A stretch of DNA of 64,000 bases from positions 1 to 64,000 of IMG/VR virus record IMGVR_UViG_3300009509_000013; one strand, written 5' to 3'. The stretch comes from a virus. The position numbers and the translations under genes are program-made. Each line of letters starts with the position of its first letter. Within the stretch, counting starts at the first letter, position 1. The notes under the pieces were generated by a model. That model had not been told where the DNA came from. It made no database searches and saw only the letters and a program-made list of their open reading frames with translations. Positions 39,358-47,622 of this stretch are shown here, one piece after another.

Positions 39358-39563
39358 TAGCTTTGCTCCGCCGGATTCGCCCGGAACTTGATTCGAAATC
39401 CTTCCGGCCAAGCCGTCGAAAGTGTTTCAAGCGGACAAACCCAAATCGCGACGCCTTCAACGTCGCTCGATTCATGACCTTCGAGCTTCTTTTCGCCGAC
39501 TAGAACCATTTGCGTTCCGGGGTGCTTCGGGCATTCCGGCGGCGGGTCGCGAGCGATTGTCAT
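39357..39563 (-). CDS. small Cys/His protein
   Basis: CPKH...WVCP; overlaps its neighbours at both ends (ATGA and TAATG). Confidence 0.5.
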   Translation of the reverse strand: MTIARDPPPECPKHPGTQMVLVGEKKLEGHESSDVEGVAIWVCPLETLSTAWPEGFRIKFRANPAEQS

Positions 39564-40729
39564 GTTACCGCGCCCCTTTCAAGTTCGAAGAAGCCGTTCG
39601 CGTTGACCGCGCAAGCGGCGGCGTTCGACGCCTTGTTTTTGACGCTCGCGATCAAGAAATGCCCCTTCGATTTTTCGAGCTTGATCGGCGCGCCGAATTG
39701 AACTTGTTGTGACGACGACGCTTGAACAAATGCGTCGACGACGCGATCAAGCTTGTCGTATGTGACGACAATCGCGACGCCGCTTCCGGGAGCGGTCTTC
39801 AAATTGATTGCTTGTCGTAACCCGTCCGCCGAATCGTCGACCGTGTAATCGGCGACAATTGTCTTCGGAACCCCGTCAACCGTTACCGCGACATGACTCG
39901 CCGCCGCGACCGCATTCGCCGAAAGTTCGAAGATCTTCGTCACACCGTCGCCGACGAAATTTTCAACCGCGTCGCGCGCGATTCCGCGATAAACCAAAAG
40001 TTCCGACGCTTGATCATTGCCGATCAAAAGATCGGTTATGAACGCAACGTCGATCTTCGGATTCGTCGTGAGCCCCGCGACTTCTTTGTCGAAGAAAACC
40101 ATTTCGGCGTTTGTCGCGAGAACGCGGCGAACCGACAAAAAGATCGGGTTGTCGGCGCGTGTCCGCGTTCCGACTTCGCCGAAAACGCCGATTCGCCCGA
40201 CGCGCCAATCTTGATCGTCAACTTCAACCAAGATTCGCTTGAAAAGCCGTTGAAGCGTTGCGTCGTTTACGGTCGCCGTCAAGTCGAGCCCGGAGCCCGA
40301 ACCTTGCGCGGTTGAAGCGGAAAATGAAATTCCTTCGAGCTTCAAACCCTGTTCAATCGCGCGAATGAAAAGCGCGCAATTGTGCGATCCCGCGATCCAA
40401 TTGTCGTCGAAATCTTCGTCGGCATTGAAAAGAGCGGCGAGCCCCGCCGCAATGTCGAAAACCGTGTCGCCCGCTTCAACCGTGTAGACTTTTTGAAATG
40501 ACCCAACGTTGACCGTGACCGTGTTTCCCGCTTCCGGGTTTCCGGCAATCGCAACAAAGCCGAAAGGGTTGTTGTCGAAACCGAAAATGTTCCCAACCCC
40601 CACAACGTCGAGCGTCAAGTTCACGTTCGTTTCAAGCGCGCCGTTGTCGACGTTGACCGGGGAGCCGTCTTCGCTTCGAAGCGTGACGCCTAGATTCCCG
40701 TCCGGTGTTAGGCTAGGAACGAAGCTCAT
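39560..40729 (-). CDS. accessory virion protein
   Basis: Beta-rich; GDGVTKIF..VTVDGV..DY module. Confidence 0.6.
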   Translation of the reverse strand: MSFVPSLTPDGNLGVTLRSEDGSPVNVDNGALETNVNLTLDVVGVGNIFGFDNNPFGFVAIAGNPEAGNTVTVNVGSFQKVYTVEAGDTVFDIAAGLAALFNADEDFDDNWIAGSHNCALFIRAIEQGLKLEGISFSASTAQGSGSGLDLTATVNDATLQRLFKRILVEVDDQDWRVGRIGVFGEVGTRTRADNPIFLSVRRVLATNAEMVFFDKEVAGLTTNPKIDVAFITDLLIGNDQASELLVYRGIARDAVENFVGDGVTKIFELSANAVAAASHVAVTVDGVPKTIVADYTVDDSADGLRQAINLKTAPGSGVAIVVTYDKLDRVVDAFVQASSSQQVQFGAPIKLEKSKGHFLIASVKNKASNAAACAVNANGFFELERGAVT

Positions 40730-41418
40730 ATTTGAATTTCCTTCCCTTGAAAAAAGACGCTCAAATGATCAAGCTTCGTCAAGTCGTCTTGAACCGTCAC
40801 GCGAACATAGTCGGGCGACGCGAACGTTCCCGCCTTTTTGAGAACGAGCCCGCCGATCCCGAAGTAACCGCGAGCGACGTTCGGGCTCGCGACAATCAAT
40901 TCGAAACCGCCGGGCGGGGAAAATTGAAGAATCTCGCGCGTTCGTTGCAAATTTGCGATTCCATAAACAACGTCGCCGGCTTTCACTTCAATCAAAACGC
41001 CATTCGGAAGCGCGACTTCCCCCATGAAATAGTCGCCGAATTTGACCGAACCGTCTTCGACGACAAGGCTTAGACCGCTCGTTTCAACGTCCCAAGTCGC
41101 GCCCGGATTCCATTCGTAAATGACCGGAGTCACGGAACCGTCGACCGCCATTTCGGGCGAACCGCCGCCGTCTTCAATGAATTCATTGATCGCGCCCGCG
41201 CCCGCCGAAGAAATTTGCGCGTCGACAAGCAAGCGCTTCGCATTGTTGACGCTCGCGAGATTTGACGAAGCTCCGCCTTTGATTTCAACGATTGTCGGGT
41301 TTCCCGCGCCGCCTTGTCCCGAATCGACCGCGAGCCGTTTCGTTCCGGCGTCGTCAATGACAGAAACGGCGGCGGTTCCCGCTTCGTTGTAAAGTATTGC
41401 CGCCGGTGAGTCGCTCAT
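40726..41418 (-). CDS. accessory virion protein
   Basis: Beta-rich; translationally coupled to its neighbours. Confidence 0.55.
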   Translation of the reverse strand: MSDSPAAILYNEAGTAAVSVIDDAGTKRLAVDSGQGGAGNPTIVEIKGGASSNLASVNNAKRLLVDAQISSAGAGAINEFIEDGGGSPEMAVDGSVTPVIYEWNPGATWDVETSGLSLVVEDGSVKFGDYFMGEVALPNGVLIEVKAGDVVYGIANLQRTREILQFSPPGGFELIVASPNVARGYFGIGGLVLKKAGTFASPDYVRVTVQDDLTKLDHLSVFFQGKEIQI

Positions 41419-41906
41419 TATGTGATCGTCCTAACCCGCGACGTTTCAAAAACGCCCGAATACGTTATCGCGTCCGAAACGGTCGCGAGAACGGTTGAAC
41501 CGTCCGTGTCGTAAACCTTCCAAACAATCGGCGTCGGCGTGACATTGGTCGCCCCGCCGCCCGTTCGCGTGATCGTCTTTTCGACGATCTTCTTCAACTT
41601 CGAAGACGATTCCCACCAAATGACCGACGTCGGGAAAGGCGAAGCCGCCGGAAGCGTTTCCTTGAACGCTCCCGACGCGAAGCCTTCCGCCGGCCCGTCG
41701 TCAATGAAGTGAATCAGATTTCGGATCGCGGCGTGTCTTGAAGTCTCGACGCCCAACGGCGAAAACGTTCCGTCATTGTCTCGAAGACGGAACAAGCCCG
41801 ACACGTTCCGCATTGCGCCAACGATTGTCGGGTCGCTCGCTTCCGGGGTTAGTTGAAGTTCGTCTTCTTCTCTACTCCCCGGAAATCTGTCGGGTGTCCG
41901 TGGCAT
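41418..41906 (-). CDS. accessory virion protein
   Basis: GGGG RBS; TAATG-coupled; beta-rich C-terminus. Confidence 0.55.
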   Translation of the reverse strand: MPRTPDRFPGSREEDELQLTPEASDPTIVGAMRNVSGLFRLRDNDGTFSPLGVETSRHAAIRNLIHFIDDGPAEGFASGAFKETLPAASPFPTSVIWWESSSKLKKIVEKTITRTGGGATNVTPTPIVWKVYDTDGSTVLATVSDAITYSGVFETSRVRTIT

Positions 41907-41916
41907 TCACGCCCCT

Positions 41917-42471
41917 TCATGACTTCCGCTTCGACTTCTTCGTCGCCGCCTTCGTCTTCGGCGGCTTTGAACCGTTGCCGCCTTCGTGTTCGTCTTCGGC
42001 AAGATCGCTTGAAGCGGCGGAACGACCAAGATCGTCGCCGGCGTCTTCGTCTTCCATTCTTTGATAGCGTTCGTATTTTTGCGCTTCGCTTTTGAAGTGA
42101 CCGCCGATTGCGTTCGCCGCGCGTTCAAGCCCCTTCAATTGACCTTGCATGTCGATCAAATCGGTTTGGTTTTCACGCGCGATCCCCCGAACGATTTCGG
42201 TGATCCGCGTTACTTCCGAAATCCGAAGCTTCGCAAGCTCCGGTTCAAGTTCGCCCGCTTCAACCGCTTGGTTGATTGGCGTGCATTCCTGAAAGATTCG
42301 CTTCGAAATCACGTCCGCCGCTTGAACAATTCCCCGCTTTTGTTCAATGGCGTTTCGAACTTGAAGCATTTGAAGATCAATGTGTGTGACCGCCTCTTGA
42401 AGCCCTTCGAGCTTCGCGCGCGGAACGTCCGCCTTGATCTCCGACAACGTTTCGTTTTGTGTTAGGTTCAT
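41917..42471 (-). CDS. coiled-coil hypothetical protein
   Basis: Helical heptads with a basic tail; GGGGG RBS. Confidence 0.55.
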   Translation of the reverse strand: MNLTQNETLSEIKADVPRAKLEGLQEAVTHIDLQMLQVRNAIEQKRGIVQAADVISKRIFQECTPINQAVEAGELEPELAKLRISEVTRITEIVRGIARENQTDLIDMQGQLKGLERAANAIGGHFKSEAQKYERYQRMEDEDAGDDLGRSAASSDLAEDEHEGGNGSKPPKTKAATKKSKRKS

Positions 42472-42520
42472 GTTTCCCCCGCTTGTGCCGCCTATTCAAT
42501 CGGCCAATTGCGGTTGAAGG

Positions 42521-44077
42521 TTATTGTTGCAACGCAATCGAAATGAGCACGTCGCCGCTTTTCACGCCTTTCGGGAAATCGACTTTCAAGTCGCCCGCGC
42601 TTGCTGTCGTCCCGACATAGACGTCGTTTTTCACTGTGACATTCCCGCCGTATAGAAGCCGACCATTCAAGAAAACAAATGTGTCGACGTTCGCCGGCGT
42701 GTTCATGTCAATCGAATGCGTCGTCAAGTCAAACGTCGCCGCCGGAATGTTCACGCCTTGCGCGTAATTCGAGCCCGCGACAAAGATTTTCAGGTCAAGA
42801 TCGACGCCGCCCTTTTCCATTGCATATTTCAAAGCGTCGGAAATCGAAACGAACGCGCCGGAGCCTTCGAAAACCGTCTTCAAGGCGGAGATCGCGCCGG
42901 TCGTCGCGTCGTCGAGCGGAAGCGCCGTCGTTTCACGAACGGTTTGAAATTGCACGTTCCCGGCGGGAGCCGAAACTTCCGCCGCGCCGGTCGTCGCTCG
43001 AAGCTCGATTGCCGACGAATCGATCACGCCGACCGCCGTCTTTCCGACGTTGATCGCTTGATCTGTCGTGTCGAACGCCGCGCCTTGCGCGAAATTGTTG
43101 TCGGCGGCGTCGCAATCGAAAAGATCGACGTCGCCGGTCACTTGAACCAAATCGGTTCCGCCGTCGTTCCGCTCGATTTGAAAAAGAATGTTCCCGCCGC
43201 TTTTGCGGAAGATCCATTTCTTCGTGTCCGCGAGCCGAATGTCGACGTCGTTCGCGTCAACTTCGATATAGTGACCGCCGTCATAGGCGGAATCGAGCCC
43301 GCCAAAGCCCGCCGCGATTTGATCGGCTTCGGACAAATCGCCGCGAAGCGAATCTTCGACCATGCTCGCGAGATCGTTCCGAACCGTGTATGAATAGTTG
43401 ATCGACTTGCCGCCAATGTCCGCCGCCGGGCAAAGCTCCAAATCGTCGAACGTTGCATTTTGCCGAACGAACGTGATTTGACCGAGATCATTTCCGGTCA
43501 ATGCGAAGTTGTTTCCGTCCGTCGCCGCGCTTCCGACTTGAAGCAAACCCCAAACGCGCCGGTCGCTCGAAGTGATCGGGTCGCCGGTTGTCGCGTCGAA
43601 AATCGAAACAAGATTCTTCGGCTTCAATGGCGATTCGCCGGAAAGTTCCGTCAACGAAGCGGAGCCAACCGCGCCGCCCAATTGAGCGACGACCGCGCCC
43701 TTCGTCGCGACGTTGATCGCGATCACTTCGGAAGGCGGGTCGCCGGCGTTCGTCAACGTGACGTAAGCTTGCGCGCCCGGAACCGCAATGTCTTGAAGAT
43801 TCAACTTCCAACGAAGGAAATCTTTTTCTTCAAGCGCGGTTTGATTGTAAAGCGCTTTCAACGAAGCGTCGCCGCCGAAAACGGTTGCAATGTCGTCGTG
43901 CCAATTGCCCGCCGCGTCGCCGTGAATGATCCGCTTGACTTGCGAAAGAACGAACTCTTGAAAGTCCGCATAGTCGACGGACGACGCTTCGCCGCCCGCG
44001 ATTGCCGCCGCGCTTTTTTGATCGTCAAACGAATCCGGTTTGTAAAGTTGATCGAGTCTAACAAGCGAAACCGTCAT
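42521..44077 (-). CDS. probable abundant virion structural protein
   Basis: 518 aa, Gly/Ala/Asp/Thr-rich; GGAGG RBS; in the post-capsid block. Confidence 0.6.
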   Translation of the reverse strand: MTVSLVRLDQLYKPDSFDDQKSAAAIAGGEASSVDYADFQEFVLSQVKRIIHGDAAGNWHDDIATVFGGDASLKALYNQTALEEKDFLRWKLNLQDIAVPGAQAYVTLTNAGDPPSEVIAINVATKGAVVAQLGGAVGSASLTELSGESPLKPKNLVSIFDATTGDPITSSDRRVWGLLQVGSAATDGNNFALTGNDLGQITFVRQNATFDDLELCPAADIGGKSINYSYTVRNDLASMVEDSLRGDLSEADQIAAGFGGLDSAYDGGHYIEVDANDVDIRLADTKKWIFRKSGGNILFQIERNDGGTDLVQVTGDVDLFDCDAADNNFAQGAAFDTTDQAINVGKTAVGVIDSSAIELRATTGAAEVSAPAGNVQFQTVRETTALPLDDATTGAISALKTVFEGSGAFVSISDALKYAMEKGGVDLDLKIFVAGSNYAQGVNIPAATFDLTTHSIDMNTPANVDTFVFLNGRLLYGGNVTVKNDVYVGTTASAGDLKVDFPKGVKSGDVLISIALQQ

Positions 44078-44091
44078 TTCCTAACCTCCAT

Positions 44092-44445
44092 TCAAGCCGG
44101 ATCGAACCGACGCTTGCCAATTCGCCGAAGCGAAACACGCGCGGCGCGTTGCTCCCGGTGAACCATAATGATTGCACGAATATCGCCCGCAAAGCACGTT
44201 ATTCGCTCCCCGCCCTTCACTTTGCTTGCGGGATCGGGATCGATTATTTCGGGAAGATAAGAAACGCGGTCGAAGCCTTGCGGCTTGGGAAGGGAATATT
44301 GAACGCCGCTTTCCGTGACTGTGAATCCTGAAATCCGGGCTTGAAACTCCGGGTCTTTCAACTTTCGCAGCCATTCTTGCGCTTGCTCATGATCTGAAAG
44401 ATCGATCCGTGAAGTCAATCCGTCGCATGTATGCACCTTGAACAT
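44092..44445 (-). CDS. hypothetical protein
   Basis: GAGGGGAG RBS; fills the gap. Confidence 0.55.
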   Translation of the reverse strand: MFKVHTCDGLTSRIDLSDHEQAQEWLRKLKDPEFQARISGFTVTESGVQYSLPKPQGFDRVSYLPEIIDPDPASKVKGGERITCFAGDIRAIIMVHREQRAARVSLRRIGKRRFDPA

Positions 44446-44495
44446 GCGGCTCCCCTCTTGAGCAATGCGCCAAGCGAAGGTTGTCGCGTTGTTCG

Positions 44496-44828
44496 CTAGA
44501 ACTTTTTCTTCTTCTTTTTGTCGTCGTCCGCTTCGCCGTCGCCGACTTCCGCCTTCGGATTTTCCTTCGGGTCGACCTTTCCTTCGGGCTTTTCCGCCTT
44601 CGGGGATTTCGCCAACGAACGCGCTTTGCCTTCGTCAACGCCGACGACGACCAACTTCGAAGCAACGTTTCCGTGCTTCGCCTTCAAGTGATCGAGTTCG
44701 TCGGGAGTCAAAACCAAAGTTGACCGGGGTCGGATATACAACGCGCCCTTTCGGGAGCGCTTGCAATCCTTCGGAAAGTCGTCAACTTGGCAAGCTGTAA
44801 CGCCAATTGGAACTTGCACAAGTGCCAT
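44496..44828 (-). CDS. hypothetical protein
   Basis: GGAGG RBS before MALVQVP; charged tail. Confidence 0.55.
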   Translation of the reverse strand: MALVQVPIGVTACQVDDFPKDCKRSRKGALYIRPRSTLVLTPDELDHLKAKHGNVASKLVVVGVDEGKARSLAKSPKAEKPEGKVDPKENPKAEVGDGEADDDKKKKKKF

Positions 44829-44885
44829 GTCTTCGCCTCCGTCAAAGTGTGACAAGAAACCGGCGAAGCCGGAGCCTAGCTTTCG

Positions 44886-45260
44886 CTAGGCCCGGCTTTT
44901 CCGTTTCTTCGTCTTTTTCTTACGAGCCCCGCCGCCTTCGTCTTCGGCGTCGTCGGGAGCCGCGTCTTCACCTTCGCCTTCGTCCGCTTCTTCGTCGTCG
45001 TCGACGATCCGCTTTCTTTCGTCGGCGGCGAGAACCGCCGATTCAAGGCTTGGGTTTGTTGCGTCTTCCGCCGGAGCTTTCGCTTTCTTCTTCGGAGCCG
45101 CTTCGAGCATTTGAACGGAATATTCCGACGCAACCTGATAATAGGCTATGTCGTCCGCGTTCGTGATCGTTTGCGGTTGTCCCTTTTTGAAAGTTCGACC
45201 CCTTGCCGTGTGACTCTGGCAACCGATAAGCTCAACCTTTGCCCTAACAAGATCTGCCAT
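44886..45260 (-). CDS. hypothetical protein downstream of the capsid gene
   Basis: GGAG RBS; acidic then basic tail. Confidence 0.55.
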   Translation of the reverse strand: MADLVRAKVELIGCQSHTARGRTFKKGQPQTITNADDIAYYQVASEYSVQMLEAAPKKKAKAPAEDATNPSLESAVLAADERKRIVDDDEEADEGEGEDAAPDDAEDEGGGARKKKTKKRKSRA

Positions 45261-45318
45261 TCTTGAGTCTCCAATCAAATAGCGTCGAGTGTCTTGCGAC
45301 CCCTTGCTAGGTTAAAGG

Positions 45319-46518
45319 TTACACGCCTTGACCGATGTTCTTCGCGAAAACAATCGCGTCAAGTTCTTCGTAATTGACCGCGACTTTCGCCGTGATCGCA
45401 TACTGATTGACGCCCTTGTAAATGTCGCGATCTTTCTCGATCCGAATGTCGCGCCCGATCCCGACGATCATGTTGCTTTGATGCGTCAAGATCATTTGCG
45501 GATTCGCGTCGAACGTGACCTTGACAACGGTCCCGGTCGGAATCGAAGAAGCGGCGTCGCGCTTCACGGTTCCGGCGGCGTAGTCAACGATATAATCGTT
45601 GCCCGCGCCTTCGACGTATGGCGTGATCGGAGTTCCGCCAAGATCCGGCGGAGTCACGACGACGTTCTCGACCGGGGAGAATCCGAGCGCGGATTCGGCA
45701 ACGCCGGTCAAGGTAACGTGAACGGTCGTCCGAACGGTGAAGTCCCAAAGCGGAACTTCCACAATCGGAACGCCGAACGGCGATTGCATGGAACCGCCGG
45801 CGGCGGAGTCGCCAAGCGCGGTTGCGCGTGTGGCGAGCTTTTCCATGTAAAGTTGCGCCAAGTCGGGCGACATGAACCAACGCAACGCCGACTTGTTCCG
45901 GCGGAACTTGGTCGGCATGGCGCGAATCATCTTCCCGAAGATCGCGAGCCCAATGTTCGCGCCTTCGGCGTCGACGACATGCGCGCCGCGAGCGAGCTTC
46001 AACCAACCGTCTTGAAGCGCAAGATACGAATCCTTGATATACTTCGTCGAAGATCCGTTGTCTTTCAGATCGCTTTCAAGGGCGGCGTGACCGAGCAAGT
46101 CGCCGTTGATGTAGAGTTCTTCGAGATCGTTGGCGGTTTGCGTCGACATCATGCGAATGATGTGTTCTTCAACGTTGTCGCCTTCGATATTGATCTCTTT
46201 GAAGTTGTCGCCGATCTCGAACGGAACGATCAACTCGCGCGGAGTCAACGTCACCTTCGAAGTCGACACGCCGCGACGAAGCGCGACGTCTTGGGCTTCC
46301 GCCTTCGGGAGCGCAAGCCGCTTGCCGACGCCGATCTTTTCGATCTCCAAAGACTCGTTGCGAAACCGAACAACGCGAGCGTTGTTCTTCAAAACGGTTT
46401 CGTCGACAACGTAGTCAATGAAGCGGTCGCTTTGCGCCGGATTCAACTTGCCAGCGGCGGCGAGCGCGTCGGTCGTGATAACAGCCTTTCGAACGATTTC
46501 TTCGTTGGGAATGCTCAT
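45319..46518 (-). CDS. major capsid protein (HK97 fold, XkdG/P2-like) with an inserted domain
   Basis: GKLNPAQSDRFI, NIEGD, ANDLEELYINGD, DGWLKLA, GIGRDIRIE; GGAGG RBS. Confidence 0.92.
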   Translation of the reverse strand: MSIPNEEIVRKAVITTDALAAAGKLNPAQSDRFIDYVVDETVLKNNARVVRFRNESLEIEKIGVGKRLALPKAEAQDVALRRGVSTSKVTLTPRELIVPFEIGDNFKEINIEGDNVEEHIIRMMSTQTANDLEELYINGDLLGHAALESDLKDNGSSTKYIKDSYLALQDGWLKLARGAHVVDAEGANIGLAIFGKMIRAMPTKFRRNKSALRWFMSPDLAQLYMEKLATRATALGDSAAGGSMQSPFGVPIVEVPLWDFTVRTTVHVTLTGVAESALGFSPVENVVVTPPDLGGTPITPYVEGAGNDYIVDYAAGTVKRDAASSIPTGTVVKVTFDANPQMILTHQSNMIVGIGRDIRIEKDRDIYKGVNQYAITAKVAVNYEELDAIVFAKNIGQGV

Positions 46519-46577
46519 GGTTCTAACCTCCAAAATCCTTTCAATGAAGTTCCTTCAAGCGTCGTCGCTCGCCGGAG

Positions 46578-47585
46578 CTACAGAACGCCCTTCCACATTC
46601 CGCCTTCGTTCTTTTGAACGTCGACGGTCGAATCGGTCTTGCCTTCGTCGTCAACCGACTTCGACGGGGCGCGAGCCTTTTCGATCTTTTCGATTCGCTC
46701 CGTCACGGGAGCGATTGCCTTCGAAACCGCCTCTTGCACGATTGAAGCGACGTCGACGGGATCGGCGTTGCCGCCGTTGCCGTCTTCCGACTTCATGGTT
46801 CCGACCGGCTTCACGCCGCCCTGAAACTTCGTGTCCGCCGGAAGCGCCTTCGAAAGATCCGCGAGCATTGCCTTCGCAATGGCGGGATCAACGTCGCCGA
46901 TCAAGTTCACAAGGTTCGAAACCGTGCTCTTGATCGAATCGATCCGGCTTTGCGTGAAGCTTTTCGACTTCACGACGGGTTGACCGGAAACGAGAACGCT
47001 TCCGTCTTGCATGACTTGAACCGCCGGAACCGGAGCGTCGGCGTTGCCGTCTTCGCTCTTTTTGGTTTCGGTTTTCTTCGTCTTGTCTTTTCCGCCGAAC
47101 ATGAAGCCCGCCTTTTGAAGTGCCGCCTTGTCAACGGCGTTCGCGCCCTTCGCGAAGTTCGCGACCGCCTTCAACGAAGCAACGATTTCCTTGGGAAGTG
47201 CCTTTTCGACTTCGACTTCGGAAGTCGAACCCTCCCCGGCGTCGGCATTGGTTGAAGCGGCGTCGCCGCTTTCACCTTCGCCTTCCGCGCCCGCGTCGGC
47301 ATTGGTTCCGGGATCGGTTGCTTCGCCGTTCCCTTCCCCGCCGTCCGCGTTCATTTTGACGATTTCGGTTTCGGAAGCGTTGCCTTTTGCTTCCGTCTTC
47401 GCTTCGTTGTCCGCCGCGAATGCACTCATTTTTTCGCCTCCTAGCCGTTTAACAACCAAAAACTCCCGCAAATTTGCGGGACGATCCACAAGGGATACTT
47501 CTTTGACGTCCAAGTCGAGCAAGCGCCGCGCCTTCGACGTCTTCGCTTTCTCGACCGATACCACTTTTTCTTGTTCAATGTCCAT
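46578..47585 (-). CDS. scaffold protein with N-terminal protease strand (internal start at 47429)
   Basis: EVSLVDRPAN near the N-terminus, acidic low-complexity body, C-terminal coiled coil; directly upstream of the capsid gene. Confidence 0.75.
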   Translation of the reverse strand: MDIEQEKVVSVEKAKTSKARRLLDLDVKEVSLVDRPANLREFLVVKRLGGEKMSAFAADNEAKTEAKGNASETEIVKMNADGGEGNGEATDPGTNADAGAEGEGESGDAASTNADAGEGSTSEVEVEKALPKEIVASLKAVANFAKGANAVDKAALQKAGFMFGGKDKTKKTETKKSEDGNADAPVPAVQVMQDGSVLVSGQPVVKSKSFTQSRIDSIKSTVSNLVNLIGDVDPAIAKAMLADLSKALPADTKFQGGVKPVGTMKSEDGNGGNADPVDVASIVQEAVSKAIAPVTERIEKIEKARAPSKSVDDEGKTDSTVDVQKNEGGMWKGVL

Positions 47586-47622
47586 TTTCACAGACTTTCC
47601 CCAATCGTTCGCGACCAATTTT

